DNA of 64,000 nucleotides from a virus (Duplodnaviria; Caudoviricetes): IMG/VR virus record IMGVR_UViG_3300007083_000004, positions 96,001 to 160,000 of that record; one strand, 5' to 3'. Shown piece by piece: positions 20,476 to 29,166 of this stretch (position 1 is its first letter; each line of letters starts with the position of its first letter). The notes under the pieces were generated by a model. It saw only the letters and a program-made list of their open reading frames with translations, ran no database searches and was not told where the DNA came from. The position numbers and the translations under genes were made by a program.

Positions 20476-20513
20476 ATAATACTGAGATGGGATTAATCCC
20501 ATCTCAGTATTAT
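20476..20513. terminator. Perfect 38-bp palindrome
   Basis: ATAATACTGAGATGGGATT|AATCCCATCTCAGTATTAT. Confidence 0.7.
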
Positions 20514-20551
20514 TAATCTATTTTGATGATGAAATAAACTATGGATCAATT

Positions 20552-21784
20552 ATGGCCAGTCAAATAAAAATGGTTTTAGATAACCAATTATCTCATTTAA
20601 AATTCGATAAGAAATTTGTAGATAAAATTTTAAAATATGATAGAGATTTTGTTAACAAGAATGAAGAACACATAACCTTCTTTGGTTCAGTTTTATTTGG
20701 TGTTCATGTAGTTAGATTTGAGCAAAGGGATAGAAATAGATGGTACGATGAGATTTTAAATAAAGATGAGAGAATATTGCAAACATTTTTATATCAATTA
20801 AGAGATCCTGATAATCCAAAAGAACCTTTAATCAATACTGACTTTAATGTTAGATCGGATGTAATGAACATCAGTATTGCATACTTGATTCATAAGTTTT
20901 TAAATGAAAAATCTATAGATAGTAAAACAAAAGAAAATGTAACCCAATCTCTGGTTAGAATTCTGATATATAAATATTTGACATCTTTATTTTGGAGTTA
21001 CTTTAAATATCCGGCTAACCCACAGGTAGCTGAAGCTTTATATAATAGCCTTACGTTAAAGTTCGAACTAAAAAAAGAAGGTACTTGGTATAAGTATGTA
21101 GATCATAGGGCTAAAATCACGTTAGGTCCTAAAGGATTACATTTCAAATCACTTTTGAATGCAAACAATGATGAATCCTTATTATACTTCCTAACCGATA
21201 CCCAAGGTAGAATAAGAGGGGTGATGAAAACCCTATATAAAGCTTTTGATGAAATAAATAGAAAAGGTTTAAAAATATCGTCGGTATCATCCACTATCGA
21301 TTTTGATGGCGAACCTATATTGAAAGATAGATCCAATACATTTTCAAATGAAACCCGATATATTGTTGACATAGTTGGAGATAGAAATTCATTTATTAAA
21401 GATGAATTGGTAAATGTAATCAACGATTTGGTGAATGGTTTAAATATAAAGAATTTAGTAGATGTACTGGAGTTTATTTCTAAAGAATCTTATAAACATG
21501 AAGATATATTGAAAAACGTAATAATATTTTCATTTAATTCATTAAAGAGAATTCCTAAATCATTACGAGGTAGGAAAAATATATCTTTATTTCTTTATAG
21601 ATTAAATGGAACTTTTACTGCATCCAGAGGTGCTGATTCTTTATTGATTTCTTGCAGAAAAGATATTGAATCGATTATTATAGCTTCTAAAGTTATTAAA
21701 AACAATAACATGGTAAAAAACGTTCGTACAGCTACAATGTTGTATATCGTAGCTAGAGTAATGGCTAAAGACAGATATACTTAA
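20552..21784 (+). CDS. Conserved jumbo-phage hypothetical protein
   Basis: 410-aa helical ORF followed by an inverted repeat at 21784-21821. Confidence 0.6.
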   Translation: MASQIKMVLDNQLSHLKFDKKFVDKILKYDRDFVNKNEEHITFFGSVLFGVHVVRFEQRDRNRWYDEILNKDERILQTFLYQLRDPDNPKEPLINTDFNVRSDVMNISIAYLIHKFLNEKSIDSKTKENVTQSLVRILIYKYLTSLFWSYFKYPANPQVAEALYNSLTLKFELKKEGTWYKYVDHRAKITLGPKGLHFKSLLNANNDESLLYFLTDTQGRIRGVMKTLYKAFDEINRKGLKISSVSSTIDFDGEPILKDRSNTFSNETRYIVDIVGDRNSFIKDELVNVINDLVNGLNIKNLVDVLEFISKESYKHEDILKNVIIFSFNSLKRIPKSLRGRKNISLFLYRLNGTFTASRGADSLLISCRKDIESIIIASKVIKNNNMVKNVRTATMLYIVARVMAKDRYT

Positions 21785-21899
21785 ATATAGGATATGGGGC
21801 AAATGCCCCATATCCTATATTCATTTAAAAACCTCAATATATTTTTATTATTTATCTTATTTTGTGATCGATCACAATAAACTAAATAGGTATTTTATA

Positions 21900-22160
21900 A
21901 TGGCTACATATAAACCCAAAGCTGATTTTACCATCGAAGCTTTTCAATTAAAACCAAATGTGGTTAAGCCGGATTGGTTGACTGATTGCGAATTGGTTGA
22001 AACACTATCTCAAAAAAAAGACGATGTGGAATTAACTATTAAGACAGTAAATGGATCCCTATTTGCTAGAAAAAATGATTGGATTGTTAAAACCCACATT
22101 GATCAAATTCTGATTTATGATGATAAAGTATTTTCCAAGTATTTCGAAGAAGTAATTTAA
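21900..22160 (+). CDS. Small phage protein, paralogue of 26211..26540
   Basis: Shares I(E/D)AFQ..PDW, I.T..G...A..NDWI.K and terminal F.K.(F/Y)E motifs; ATG 21900 preferred over GTG 21864. Confidence 0.6.
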   Translation: MATYKPKADFTIEAFQLKPNVVKPDWLTDCELVETLSQKKDDVELTIKTVNGSLFARKNDWIVKTHIDQILIYDDKVFSKYFEEVI

Positions 22161-22173
22161 AGGAAATCTAGTA

Positions 22174-22473
22174 ATGAATGTAATTATATATATTGTTACT
22201 TCAGTATTTATTTTTTTAATAATGGAGTTTGCAGTCAGAACTTGGGATATGAAAGGACATAGATCAATTTTATATAAGTTTTTTAATAATAAAAAAGAAT
22301 TGTTTTTAGGTTATAGAATACTTTCTTTACTTTGTATTTTATATACATTTATTTTAGTTATAAAAGGATTATATATACAGAATAATTATTTTGGTATATT
22401 AAATGTGTTAATTACTTTATTCATAAATGAATTTTATAATTTGATATTATACAAAGAGTTATTTAAAAAGTAA
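22174..22473 (+). CDS. Small membrane protein (about 3 TM)
   Basis: 99 aa, hydrophobic, AAGGA SD. Confidence 0.6.
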   Translation: MNVIIYIVTSVFIFLIMEFAVRTWDMKGHRSILYKFFNNKKELFLGYRILSLLCILYTFILVIKGLYIQNNYFGILNVLITLFINEFYNLILYKELFKK

Positions 22474-22505
22474 ATAATTTATTATTTTAATAACTTATAT
22501 ATTTT

Positions 22506-22700
22506 GGAAGGTAATAACGTTTTTCTCCATTTCGTTATTATTTTCTTTCGCCTTTGTTTGTCAAGGATAATGTTTCCTATATTTCCTTTTCATTATCCTT
22601 GACACAAGGGGTTGTTGCGAGAGAGTGCCTTTATTGGGTGTAAAGGTGAGTGTAGGAGTAAGACCTAGGTATAGCCTTTCGGCTATACCTAGGCATCCTT
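22506..22700 (+). ncRNA. Candidate sRNA with C/U-rich anti-SD loops and its own terminator
   Basis: Three hairpins with G-U wobbles on the + strand, then CCTAGGTATAGCC-TTTC-GGCTATACCTAGG and a U-run; no ORF. Confidence 0.5.
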
Positions 22701-22795
22701 TTTGTTTGTTCATTTTTAGAATTATTTCATATATATATAACTATAGTGAATTAAGACGATTGTGTTTTAATTCTTAATCCTAATAGGAGAAAATC

Positions 22796-23176
22796 ATGGA
22801 ACTCATCAATATGACCTGGTATTTCGAACTGGCCGTTTTCCTTTCCATTACCATTCCAGCTATTCCTCATTATTTCTGGTCTAAGAAAATTACCAAAATT
22901 GCAACAAACAAGGTCTATGTTGGTGACTTTGATCTGACCAAATGGAAGTATGTTCACTCATTATTGATTCCTTCCTTCATTCTCACTGGAATTATGCTGT
23001 TTGGAAGTTTTGATATCTCTACTATACTGAAAGTAGTGTTGTGGATGCAGGTGGCAGCATGGGTGTTACAAGTACCTACCGGCCTTTATCTATACAAAAG
23101 GTTGTATGGCCTTAATAAGCATAACACGGGAAGTTACAATGTTAATTTTCCTAACTTCAAAATGGTTGTGAAATAG
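22796..23176 (+). CDS. Membrane protein (3 TM)
   Basis: 126 aa, AGGAG SD, inverted repeat 23186-23225 downstream. Confidence 0.65.
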   Translation: MELINMTWYFELAVFLSITIPAIPHYFWSKKITKIATNKVYVGDFDLTKWKYVHSLLIPSFILTGIMLFGSFDISTILKVVLWMQVAAWVLQVPTGLYLYKRLYGLNKHNTGSYNVNFPNFKMVVK

Positions 23177-23324
23177 TAGTATGTTTTAACAAACACCATG
23201 GCATCATTGCCATGGTGTTTGTTAATTTTTATTTAATCCATTTTATTTTTTTTTTGTTCACATATTACTTTAATGTAATGTTAATTCATTAATGTATAGT
23301 TTTTATTTTAAAAGGAAATAAAGT

Positions 23325-24029
23325 ATGAACACCAATCAACAAATATTCGATTCAGAAATTTTATATGATATACCTGGGTTTTCTAATTATACAATAACTA
23401 AATCAGGCAATATCTTTAATAAATCAAAAAAGAAGTGGTTAAGTGTTAATAGAAAAAGCACATCGACAACACTCTTTGATGATTTAGATAATGCTAGGAC
23501 CATGAGTTTTACTAGAATAAAATCATTGGCTCTAGAGGGTTTACCTATTAAAAATATCGATGATTTTAAAAACCTTCCAAGAGCCAAGACAACCAAAGAA
23601 AGAAAAGAAAAATGGTCGTTTAATCTTAAATCTGAATTTAAATTGATTTGTTTAATAACTGGAGTATGTAGAAAATATGAAAATGCCGAACAATTATGCG
23701 ATTATCTTGAAATTTCAGAACAAACATTAAGACTTAAAGCATCAACGAATAATTGGTGCTTTTTAAAGTCTTTTCTATACGTTTATCGGGGAATGAAAAA
23801 CGCCGAAACAACGTTTCCGAATTTCATTAACAAAGATTTTTTCAATAAAAAAGATAAAATGATTTTGTCTTTAGACGATACTACTGGAGTAATTTCATTT
23901 TATCCGTCTATAACTCGCGCTTTAAAAGAAACTATTTTAACGATTTACGAAGTGAAGTCTTTGTTAAAATCTAAAGGATCTTTAAATAAATACGGAATAA
24001 GATTAATATACCTAAACGATTTACCTTGA
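23325..24029 (+). CDS. Homing-endonuclease-derived protein (NUMOD4/NUMOD1-like DNA-binding parts, HNH core not evident)
   Basis: N-terminal IPGFSNYTITKSGNIFN; YENAEQLCDYLEIS and FYPSITRALKET resemble NUMOD1 repeats; no H-N-H residues. Confidence 0.5.
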   Translation: MNTNQQIFDSEILYDIPGFSNYTITKSGNIFNKSKKKWLSVNRKSTSTTLFDDLDNARTMSFTRIKSLALEGLPIKNIDDFKNLPRAKTTKERKEKWSFNLKSEFKLICLITGVCRKYENAEQLCDYLEISEQTLRLKASTNNWCFLKSFLYVYRGMKNAETTFPNFINKDFFNKKDKMILSLDDTTGVISFYPSITRALKETILTIYEVKSLLKSKGSLNKYGIRLIYLNDLP

Positions 24030-24092
24030 CTCGAATATGGGATAATAATTATTATCCCATATTCTTTATTTTTTTATTAAAGGAAATTAATT

Positions 24093-24426
24093 ATATCCCA
24101 TATTGCATTGTATAAACATGATTCTATATTCGTCTATCAAAATTCCTGAAAACTTTGATATAATAACAAATGAAGAAGAAAACTTATGTTTAGGTGTTAT
24201 AGATTTTAATGAATTATTTAAAAACAAACTCAAAGATTTCGAAGGATTTTCTAAAGAGTTATTGATAAATAGACACGGCTATTTAGAGAATAAGAAAAAC
24301 GGACCAAGCGTTATAGCTATAACTTATACATCTATATTTATGGAAAACACAATACTCAGAACTTTTGGTTTTTCTTATGGCGAAAATATAAATGACAATA
24401 ATGTCTTTTATTTGGATATGGTTTAA
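24093..24426 (+). pseudogene. Hypothetical gene with probable lost start and early frameshift
   Basis: AAGGAAATTAATT is followed by ATA rather than ATG; that frame stops at codon 19 while the long frame (24103..24426) has no SD-linked start. Confidence 0.35.
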
Positions 24427-24577
24427 TTTAATAACAAACGATCATCATCGTTTGTTATTTTTTTGCCCAAATAAAAAAATAATGACAATTCTTATAATTT
24501 AGTACAAGGCTGTGTTTTTAAAAATACCAACATAGGCCATTACAGGCCACACTTGAAGTTTTAAAAACAATTTAAAA

Positions 24578-24654
24578 GGGACTGTAGCTCAGCGGTTAGT
24601 AGCAACCGACTCATAATCGGTAGGTCGTGAGTTCAAATCTCACCGGTCCCACCA
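24578..24654 (+). tRNA. tRNA with CAT anticodon, probably Ile2 (reads AUA); Met not excluded
   Basis: GGGACTG/CGGTCCC acceptor stem, ACCGA-CTCATAA-TCGGT anticodon arm, TTCAAAT loop, encoded CCA. Confidence 0.85.
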
Positions 24655-24674
24655 CATATTTTCTTTTTTTATTT

Positions 24675-24848
24675 ATGTATAACAAAGAAATAATAAAACA
24701 ACTAAGAATAGGTTTTTCTTCTATTATTCAGAATCTGAATTTAGAAGAAAAACAATTAAGGGAATTATTGGAACAAGAAAATATAACCAAAGATGATTAT
24801 CGTTTGATAGACATGGCTTTATGTTTATTAAATGAGTTAAATAGATAG
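24675..24848 (+). CDS. Small hypothetical protein
   Basis: ORF-track start 24627 lies inside the tRNA; ATG 24675 is more plausible. Confidence 0.45.
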   Translation: MYNKEIIKQLRIGFSSIIQNLNLEEKQLRELLEQENITKDDYRLIDMALCLLNELNR

Positions 24849-24858
24849 AGGTTTTATT

Positions 24859-25089
24859 ATGGACGATTATGTTAGCAGTCCTTCGGACATCATGGAATAC
24901 CCACTAAATTTTCCTTTTGATGTAACACCATTAGAGCTTACCTCCGATTGTTTTGATAAATATGATAGAGAAGCTCAAGATGCAGTGAAGGCTATGAGAG
25001 ACAATCCAATGCAAATTGCTGGAACGGCTTTATTAATTGGAGCAATGGCGTATGGTGGTTATAAACTTTTTAAGAAAATATTCGATTGA
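24859..25089 (+). CDS. Small protein with C-terminal membrane anchor
   Basis: 76 aa, GAGG SD, IAGTALLIGAMAYGGYKLFKKIF. Confidence 0.6.
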   Translation: MDDYVSSPSDIMEYPLNFPFDVTPLELTSDCFDKYDREAQDAVKAMRDNPMQIAGTALLIGAMAYGGYKLFKKIFD

Positions 25090-25139
25090 TTTTTTGTAGT
25101 TAACGTAAAACAGACTAAATAGATTTAAAGGAAATTATC

Positions 25140-25442
25140 ATGTTACCATTTATGATTGCTGCTGGCATTGTTGGACTTGCGGTTGCTCATTTCAGTGAAG
25201 AAAATGAAAAGTTAAAAAAGAAACAAAAACTTCTTATAGAGAATAAAAAAATCAGCGACAATTTAATTAATCATTATAAAGAATATAATGATTACCTTAA
25301 AGACAACTTAGAAAAATCGTCCGATAAAACGAAAGAAGTGTTAAATCTAACAGATGAGGTTATTGATAAATGGGGAGAAACAATTGATTGCAATAAACGA
25401 CTTTCAAGAGCTTTAGTCGATAAAAATGATAAACCTATATAA
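25140..25442 (+). CDS. N-terminally anchored coiled-coil protein
   Basis: 100 aa, AAGGA SD, hydrophobic N-terminus then a charged heptad-like region. Confidence 0.6.
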   Translation: MLPFMIAAGIVGLAVAHFSEENEKLKKKQKLLIENKKISDNLINHYKEYNDYLKDNLEKSSDKTKEVLNLTDEVIDKWGETIDCNKRLSRALVDKNDKPI

Positions 25443-25464
25443 AAGCTTTTAATTTTTATTTTTT

Positions 25465-25549
25465 GGCCGTGTGGTGAAATGGGTAGACACAAGGGACTTA
25501 AAATCCCTCGCCGAAAGGCATGCCGATTCGAATTCGGCCACGGCCACCA
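25465..25549 (+). tRNA. tRNA-Leu (TAA anticodon)
   Basis: GGCCGTG/CACGGCC, AGGGA-CTTAAAA-TCCCT, long variable arm GCCGAAAGGC, CCA. Confidence 0.9.
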
Positions 25550-25556
25550 TTACAAA

Positions 25557-25632
25557 TCCCCGATAATTCAGTTGGTAGAATGCCGGACTGTTAATCCGTT
25601 TGTCGCAGATTCGAGCCCTGCTCGGGGAGCCA
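25557..25632 (+). tRNA. tRNA-Asn (GTT)
   Basis: TCCCCGA/TCGGGGA, CGGA-CTGTTAA-TCCG, CCA; one A-C mismatch in the T stem. Confidence 0.8.
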
Positions 25633-25655
25633 TCGATTTCTTTTTAATGAAATTA

Positions 25656-25697
25656 TAATAATACACACACTGGTTTAAACCAGTGTGTGTATTATTA
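25656..25697. terminator. Perfect 42-bp palindrome after the tRNA pair
   Basis: TAATAATACACACACTGGTTT|AAACCAGTGTGTGTATTATTA. Confidence 0.7.
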
Positions 25698-25714
25698 CTT
25701 TTATTTTGTAAATT

Positions 25715-26218
25715 ATGAAATATAATAAACCTAATATCGTCGCTATTGTAGCATATTCTACTAATAGAATAATAGGTAACAATGGAAAAATACCATGGTC
25801 TATTAAAGAGGATTTTAAACACTTTAGGCAAACCACTTTGGGTTATCCTGTTATAATGGGTAGAAAGACATTTGAGTCCATAGGTAGATCCTTAGATGGT
25901 AGAACTAATATAGTACTAACTAGAAATAAATAATTTTCTCATAAAGGTGTATTAGTATATAATTCTATTTCTAATATATTAGATTCTTTATACGGTAAAG
26001 AAAAAGTATTTATTATAGGCGGATTTGAAATATATAAAAACACAATTCATTTATGTGATGAAGTAATCGCTACCGAAATACCTAAAGAATATAAAGGAGA
26101 TGTTTATTTCCCATTATTATCAAATAGTTTTAAAGAATATAGTAAAAGAACTGTGGTGAAATGTGGTAAAAGGTTATTTGATATAGTGACTTATAAAAAG
26201 GAAATTAATAATGGCTAA
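25715..26218 (+). pseudogene. folA: Dihydrofolate reductase interrupted by an in-frame TAA at 25931-25933
   Basis: N-half [29 protein letters not shown]; after the stop the same frame continues VFIIGGFEIY...YKGDVYFP to TAA 26216-26218. Confidence 0.85.
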
Positions 26219-26540
26219 GTATAGAAAAATTCCAGTAGTAATAGATGCGTTTCAATTTACTGAATTTGCTGAAATACCAGATTGGGCTAAAGTAGATGAA
26301 GTTACCTACTATAAAACATTATCATATACTTTAGATAATGGAATGAATATACATGGATTACATTTGGTAAATGGCGAAGATAGGTTTATACCACCTTTTC
26401 ATCAAGCTCAAATAAATACCCTAGAAGGTACTATGACGGCACAACTAAACGATTGGATCATTAAAGGCGTGAATGGCGAGATATATCCGTGTAAACCAGA
26501 TATATTCGAAAAAACTTACGAATTGGTTGAAGATGATTAA
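26211..26540 (+). CDS. Widespread small phage protein (YRKIPVVIDAFQF...TLEG...DWIIKGVNGEIYPCKPDIFEKTYE family)
   Basis: Recognisable conserved phage hypothetical motif; palindrome 26543-26578 downstream. Confidence 0.7.
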   Translation: MAKYRKIPVVIDAFQFTEFAEIPDWAKVDEVTYYKTLSYTLDNGMNIHGLHLVNGEDRFIPPFHQAQINTLEGTMTAQLNDWIIKGVNGEIYPCKPDIFEKTYELVEDD

Positions 26541-26602
26541 TGTTATACCATGTCGAGGATATCCTCGACATGGTATAATAGATTTAATATGTATTTCAAT
26601 CA

Positions 26603-26610
26603 TATATTAC
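26603..26610 (+). promoter_or_regulatory. Early promoter motif TATATTAC
   Basis: Exact intergenic match. Confidence 0.55.
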
Positions 26611-26664
26611 TCAATTGAGTTAGAATAATTCTATTCTAACTAACTTTAAAACGGAGAGTTTATC

Positions 26665-27108
26665 ATATATTACGTCGCCGCTTCACTGATCGAGAACCCC
26701 ATAAATGCAAAATTTAATTCTACTGGTTCTCATGATAGTTTTGATGTTTTTAATTCAGATGAAATTTGGTTTAATTATACCAATGAAAACGGGAGTTGTT
26801 TCTTCGCGTATTTTGAGAAATATGATAACAATGATGAAGATGACATTAGTGTTTCTATTGAAAAAACAATTGATGATGACACTTTGAATTTTTTCATTAA
26901 TATTTCTTTCAATAGAAACAATGTCGCCGATGATAAACATGTTTCATGGAAAACTAGGTATCCTATTTCTATTGGAGAATTTAGGGGATTTTTGAAACTT
27001 CAATATAGGATTTTTCAAAACGAAGTGGACAAAATGTTCGTTTTTGCAGTCAGACTTCACTATGAAAACAGAATTGTGAACAAGAACTTTTTGTTGGAAA
27101 GAGATTAA
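26665..27108 (+). CDS. About 147-aa hypothetical protein with non-canonical (ATA) or lost start
   Basis: The frame of ORF 26884..27108 is open back to GGAGAGTTTATC-ATA; promoter upstream and terminator 27117-27153 downstream. Confidence 0.5.
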   Translation: MYYVAASLIENPINAKFNSTGSHDSFDVFNSDEIWFNYTNENGSCFFAYFEKYDNNDEDDISVSIEKTIDDDTLNFFINISFNRNNVADDKHVSWKTRYPISIGEFRGFLKLQYRIFQNEVDKMFVFAVRLHYENRIVNKNFLLERD

Positions 27109-27257
27109 TAATTATCATATATAAATAGATGCTTTTAGCATCTATTTATATATTTTTTTATTAAAAAATTTCATTTTAAAACAATTTTCACATATATATA
27201 ACTATAGAGAAATAGGTTGTTCTTATTTTGTGTTTATTTTAAAATAGGAGTTCGAAA

Positions 27258-27491
27258 GTGAATAATGATGTTTTAGCCATTTTATTTGTCATACTACCTT
27301 TTGTGTTTTTGTTTACTGTTTCTTATTTATTTAGAAAGTGGGTAAAAAGAAATACAAACAAAAAAGCTTTTAAGGCATATAACTCCGTTTTTGATGTACA
27401 GCCTTTCTTTAATTTCATTGGAAGATATATATCTAGAGGTTTGGATATGTTGTTACTGAAACTGTTTTTTAATAAAAAACAGTTTCAGTAA
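27258..27491 (+). CDS. Small membrane protein
   Basis: 77 aa, AGGAG SD with GTG start, N-terminal TM. Confidence 0.6.
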   Translation: MNNDVLAILFVILPFVFLFTVSYLFRKWVKRNTNKKAFKAYNSVFDVQPFFNFIGRYISRGLDMLLLKLFFNKKQFQ

Positions 27492-27523
27492 ATAAAGTTG
27501 TTTTATTTTAAAAGAGGTGAAAT

Positions 27524-27598
27524 ATGTGGTTAGCTATATGGCTTGTAGCAATGTTGGTTTTTGGTTTTATTGCCGGTAACAACACTAGGAGTGAGTGA
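27524..27598 (+). CDS. 24-aa membrane peptide
   Basis: GAGGTG SD; MWLAIWLVAMLVFGFIAGNNTRSE*. Confidence 0.55.
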   Translation: MWLAIWLVAMLVFGFIAGNNTRSE

Positions 27599-27602
27599 TA
27601 TC

Positions 27603-27698
27603 ATGTTGACAGGAATTGTTTTAGGGGCATTCGTTTTTGTCATCGGTTTTATCGTAGGTTCTGCCGCTAGACTCGGACGAGTCGGAAGAAACAGTTAA
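27603..27698 (+). CDS. 31-aa membrane peptide
   Basis: AGGAG upstream; MLTGIVLGAFVFVIGFIVGSAARLGRVGRNS*; terminator 27707-27738. Confidence 0.55.
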   Translation: MLTGIVLGAFVFVIGFIVGSAARLGRVGRNS

Positions 27699-27759
27699 AT
27701 GTAAATTAAAACAGGGGTGATTTGTCACCCCTGTTTTATAATTTTAAAAGGAAATAATC

Positions 27760-28299
27760 ATGTTTAAATATTTTTTAATCGCGATGATATTTATAGGCTA
27801 CAATGCAAATGCTCAAACAAAACCGGCTGAAATTATAGATCTAGATAAAAATGTATACTACGTGTTTGAGAAAAAATCGAATGGACACCCCGCTGCGGCA
27901 CTGGCTATTGATAAGGAATATGATTACGCCACTTTTATAGTAGACGACGATGAAGTGGGGGATAGGATTTTTCAATCTGATGATAACCCTTGGTATGGTG
28001 AAAATCCCTTACTTCATGCATATAAAAGATATAAAATTGAAGGAGAATACAAAATGGTGGTATATATCATTTCGTTATCAAATGGATCCATGTGTGAACA
28101 TAATACTCGTTTCTTTATTGTCATTGATAAAAAATTAGACGATTATGGTTATCAAAATCAAATGTGGGACGACATCGATCTATGTAGCTATGATAACGTA
28201 TATGTAGATGTCTATAACGATAAAGGAAAAAAGAAAATTGTATTTAGTTTTCATCAAAATAAATATCGTACCGTTAGTTATACTTATATGTTGAATTAA
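27760..28299 (+). CDS. Secreted/periplasmic protein
   Basis: Signal peptide MFKYFLIAMIFIGYNANA (A-x-A); a Cys pair. Confidence 0.65.
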   Translation: MFKYFLIAMIFIGYNANAQTKPAEIIDLDKNVYYVFEKKSNGHPAAALAIDKEYDYATFIVDDDEVGDRIFQSDDNPWYGENPLLHAYKRYKIEGEYKMVVYIISLSNGSMCEHNTRFFIVIDKKLDDYGYQNQMWDDIDLCSYDNVYVDVYNDKGKKKIVFSFHQNKYRTVSYTYMLN

Positions 28300-28328
28300 A
28301 AAGCTTTAAAATTCAAAAGGAAATTATC

Positions 28329-28766
28329 ATGAAATATTTTAAAATTATTTTGGCAGTTACTTTGTCACTTGTTCTTGTTGGTTGTGGAGAATCAATGACG
28401 TTTAAGATGGATAATTCTGACGAAGTAAAAGTCTCAACCAGTGGTAAAACACTTACCGTTAAATTCAATGGTGATGAATATGAGATTGATGATATCAAAT
28501 ACGATATTACCAATCTCAGGTATTCCAATCTCATTATTCCCAATTTACCTAATGGAAATGCAATTAGTATAATCGTTGTGGATACAGATGGTAAATGCGA
28601 TTATTATTATGCAGCTCTATCGGTAGCCAACGAAACCGGTTTGTATCCTTTAACAGGTTTGTGTTATGCTAGTCAATTTAGGGCCGGAACAGGTGCTTTT
28701 GGAATGTCTGTCAGAATCGAAGCGTTTCATGAAGGCATATTGGTATTTTCCGATAATATATACTAA
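28329..28766 (+). CDS. Lipoprotein
   Basis: MKYFKIILAVTLSLVLVG-C lipobox; further Cys pair spaced as in the upstream gene. Confidence 0.75.
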   Translation: MKYFKIILAVTLSLVLVGCGESMTFKMDNSDEVKVSTSGKTLTVKFNGDEYEIDDIKYDITNLRYSNLIIPNLPNGNAISIIVVDTDGKCDYYYAALSVANETGLYPLTGLCYASQFRAGTGAFGMSVRIEAFHEGILVFSDNIY

Positions 28767-28893
28767 TATAATATGAGTGAAATAGTAAATAACAGTTATA
28801 TACAAATCATCCCGTATAATAGCGGTTATTGCCATTTCACTTAACAAGGGATTAAATGAGATCATAATCATTTTAATCCCTTACTCGATTTAT

Positions 28894-28934
28894 AGATATA
28901 GACATGATGCCCGAAAGGCATCATGTCTATATCT
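28894..28934 (+). terminator. Terminator
   Basis: AGATATAGACATGATGCC-CGAAA-GGCATCATGTCTATATCT plus T-run. Confidence 0.75.
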
Positions 28935-29022
28935 TTTTTTGTTTTTATTTATAGAAATATATTATATTAATGTAAGAATAAATTAATCTTATTTGGTAAA
29001 ACTTTTCAATAGGAAATTGAAA

Positions 29023-29166
29023 ATGAACTTCAAACTAACAACTTTAGCTGCATGTATAATTAGTGCACATGCTAATGCTCAAAATTGTCAAGAAAACGAC
29101 TATTGCTATAATAGAGATGCAGGTATTATCGATATTGACGGAAAACCCTATTTAGTGAGTATATGA
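29023..29166 (+). CDS. Signal-peptide-bearing 47-aa ORF; likely the true N-terminus of the autotransporter
   Basis: AGGA SD; MNFKLTTLAACIISAHANA/QNCQENDYCY...; its stop overlaps ATG 29163, which is in the -1 frame. Confidence 0.6.
   Translation: MNFKLTTLAACIISAHANAQNCQENDYCYNRDAGIIDIDGKPYLVSI

Noticed and set aside
25465-25549. tRNA as an ochre suppressor for the nearby DHFR TAA
   Set aside because: The 7-nt loop CTTAAAA gives anticodon TAA (Leu, UUA); a suppressor would need TTA
25568-25831. 87-aa minus-strand ORF
   Set aside because: Antisense to tRNA-Asn and the DHFR start
26705-26940. ORFs 26705..26887 (+) and 26755..26940 (-)
   Set aside because: Out-of-frame shadows of the longer frame 26665..27108
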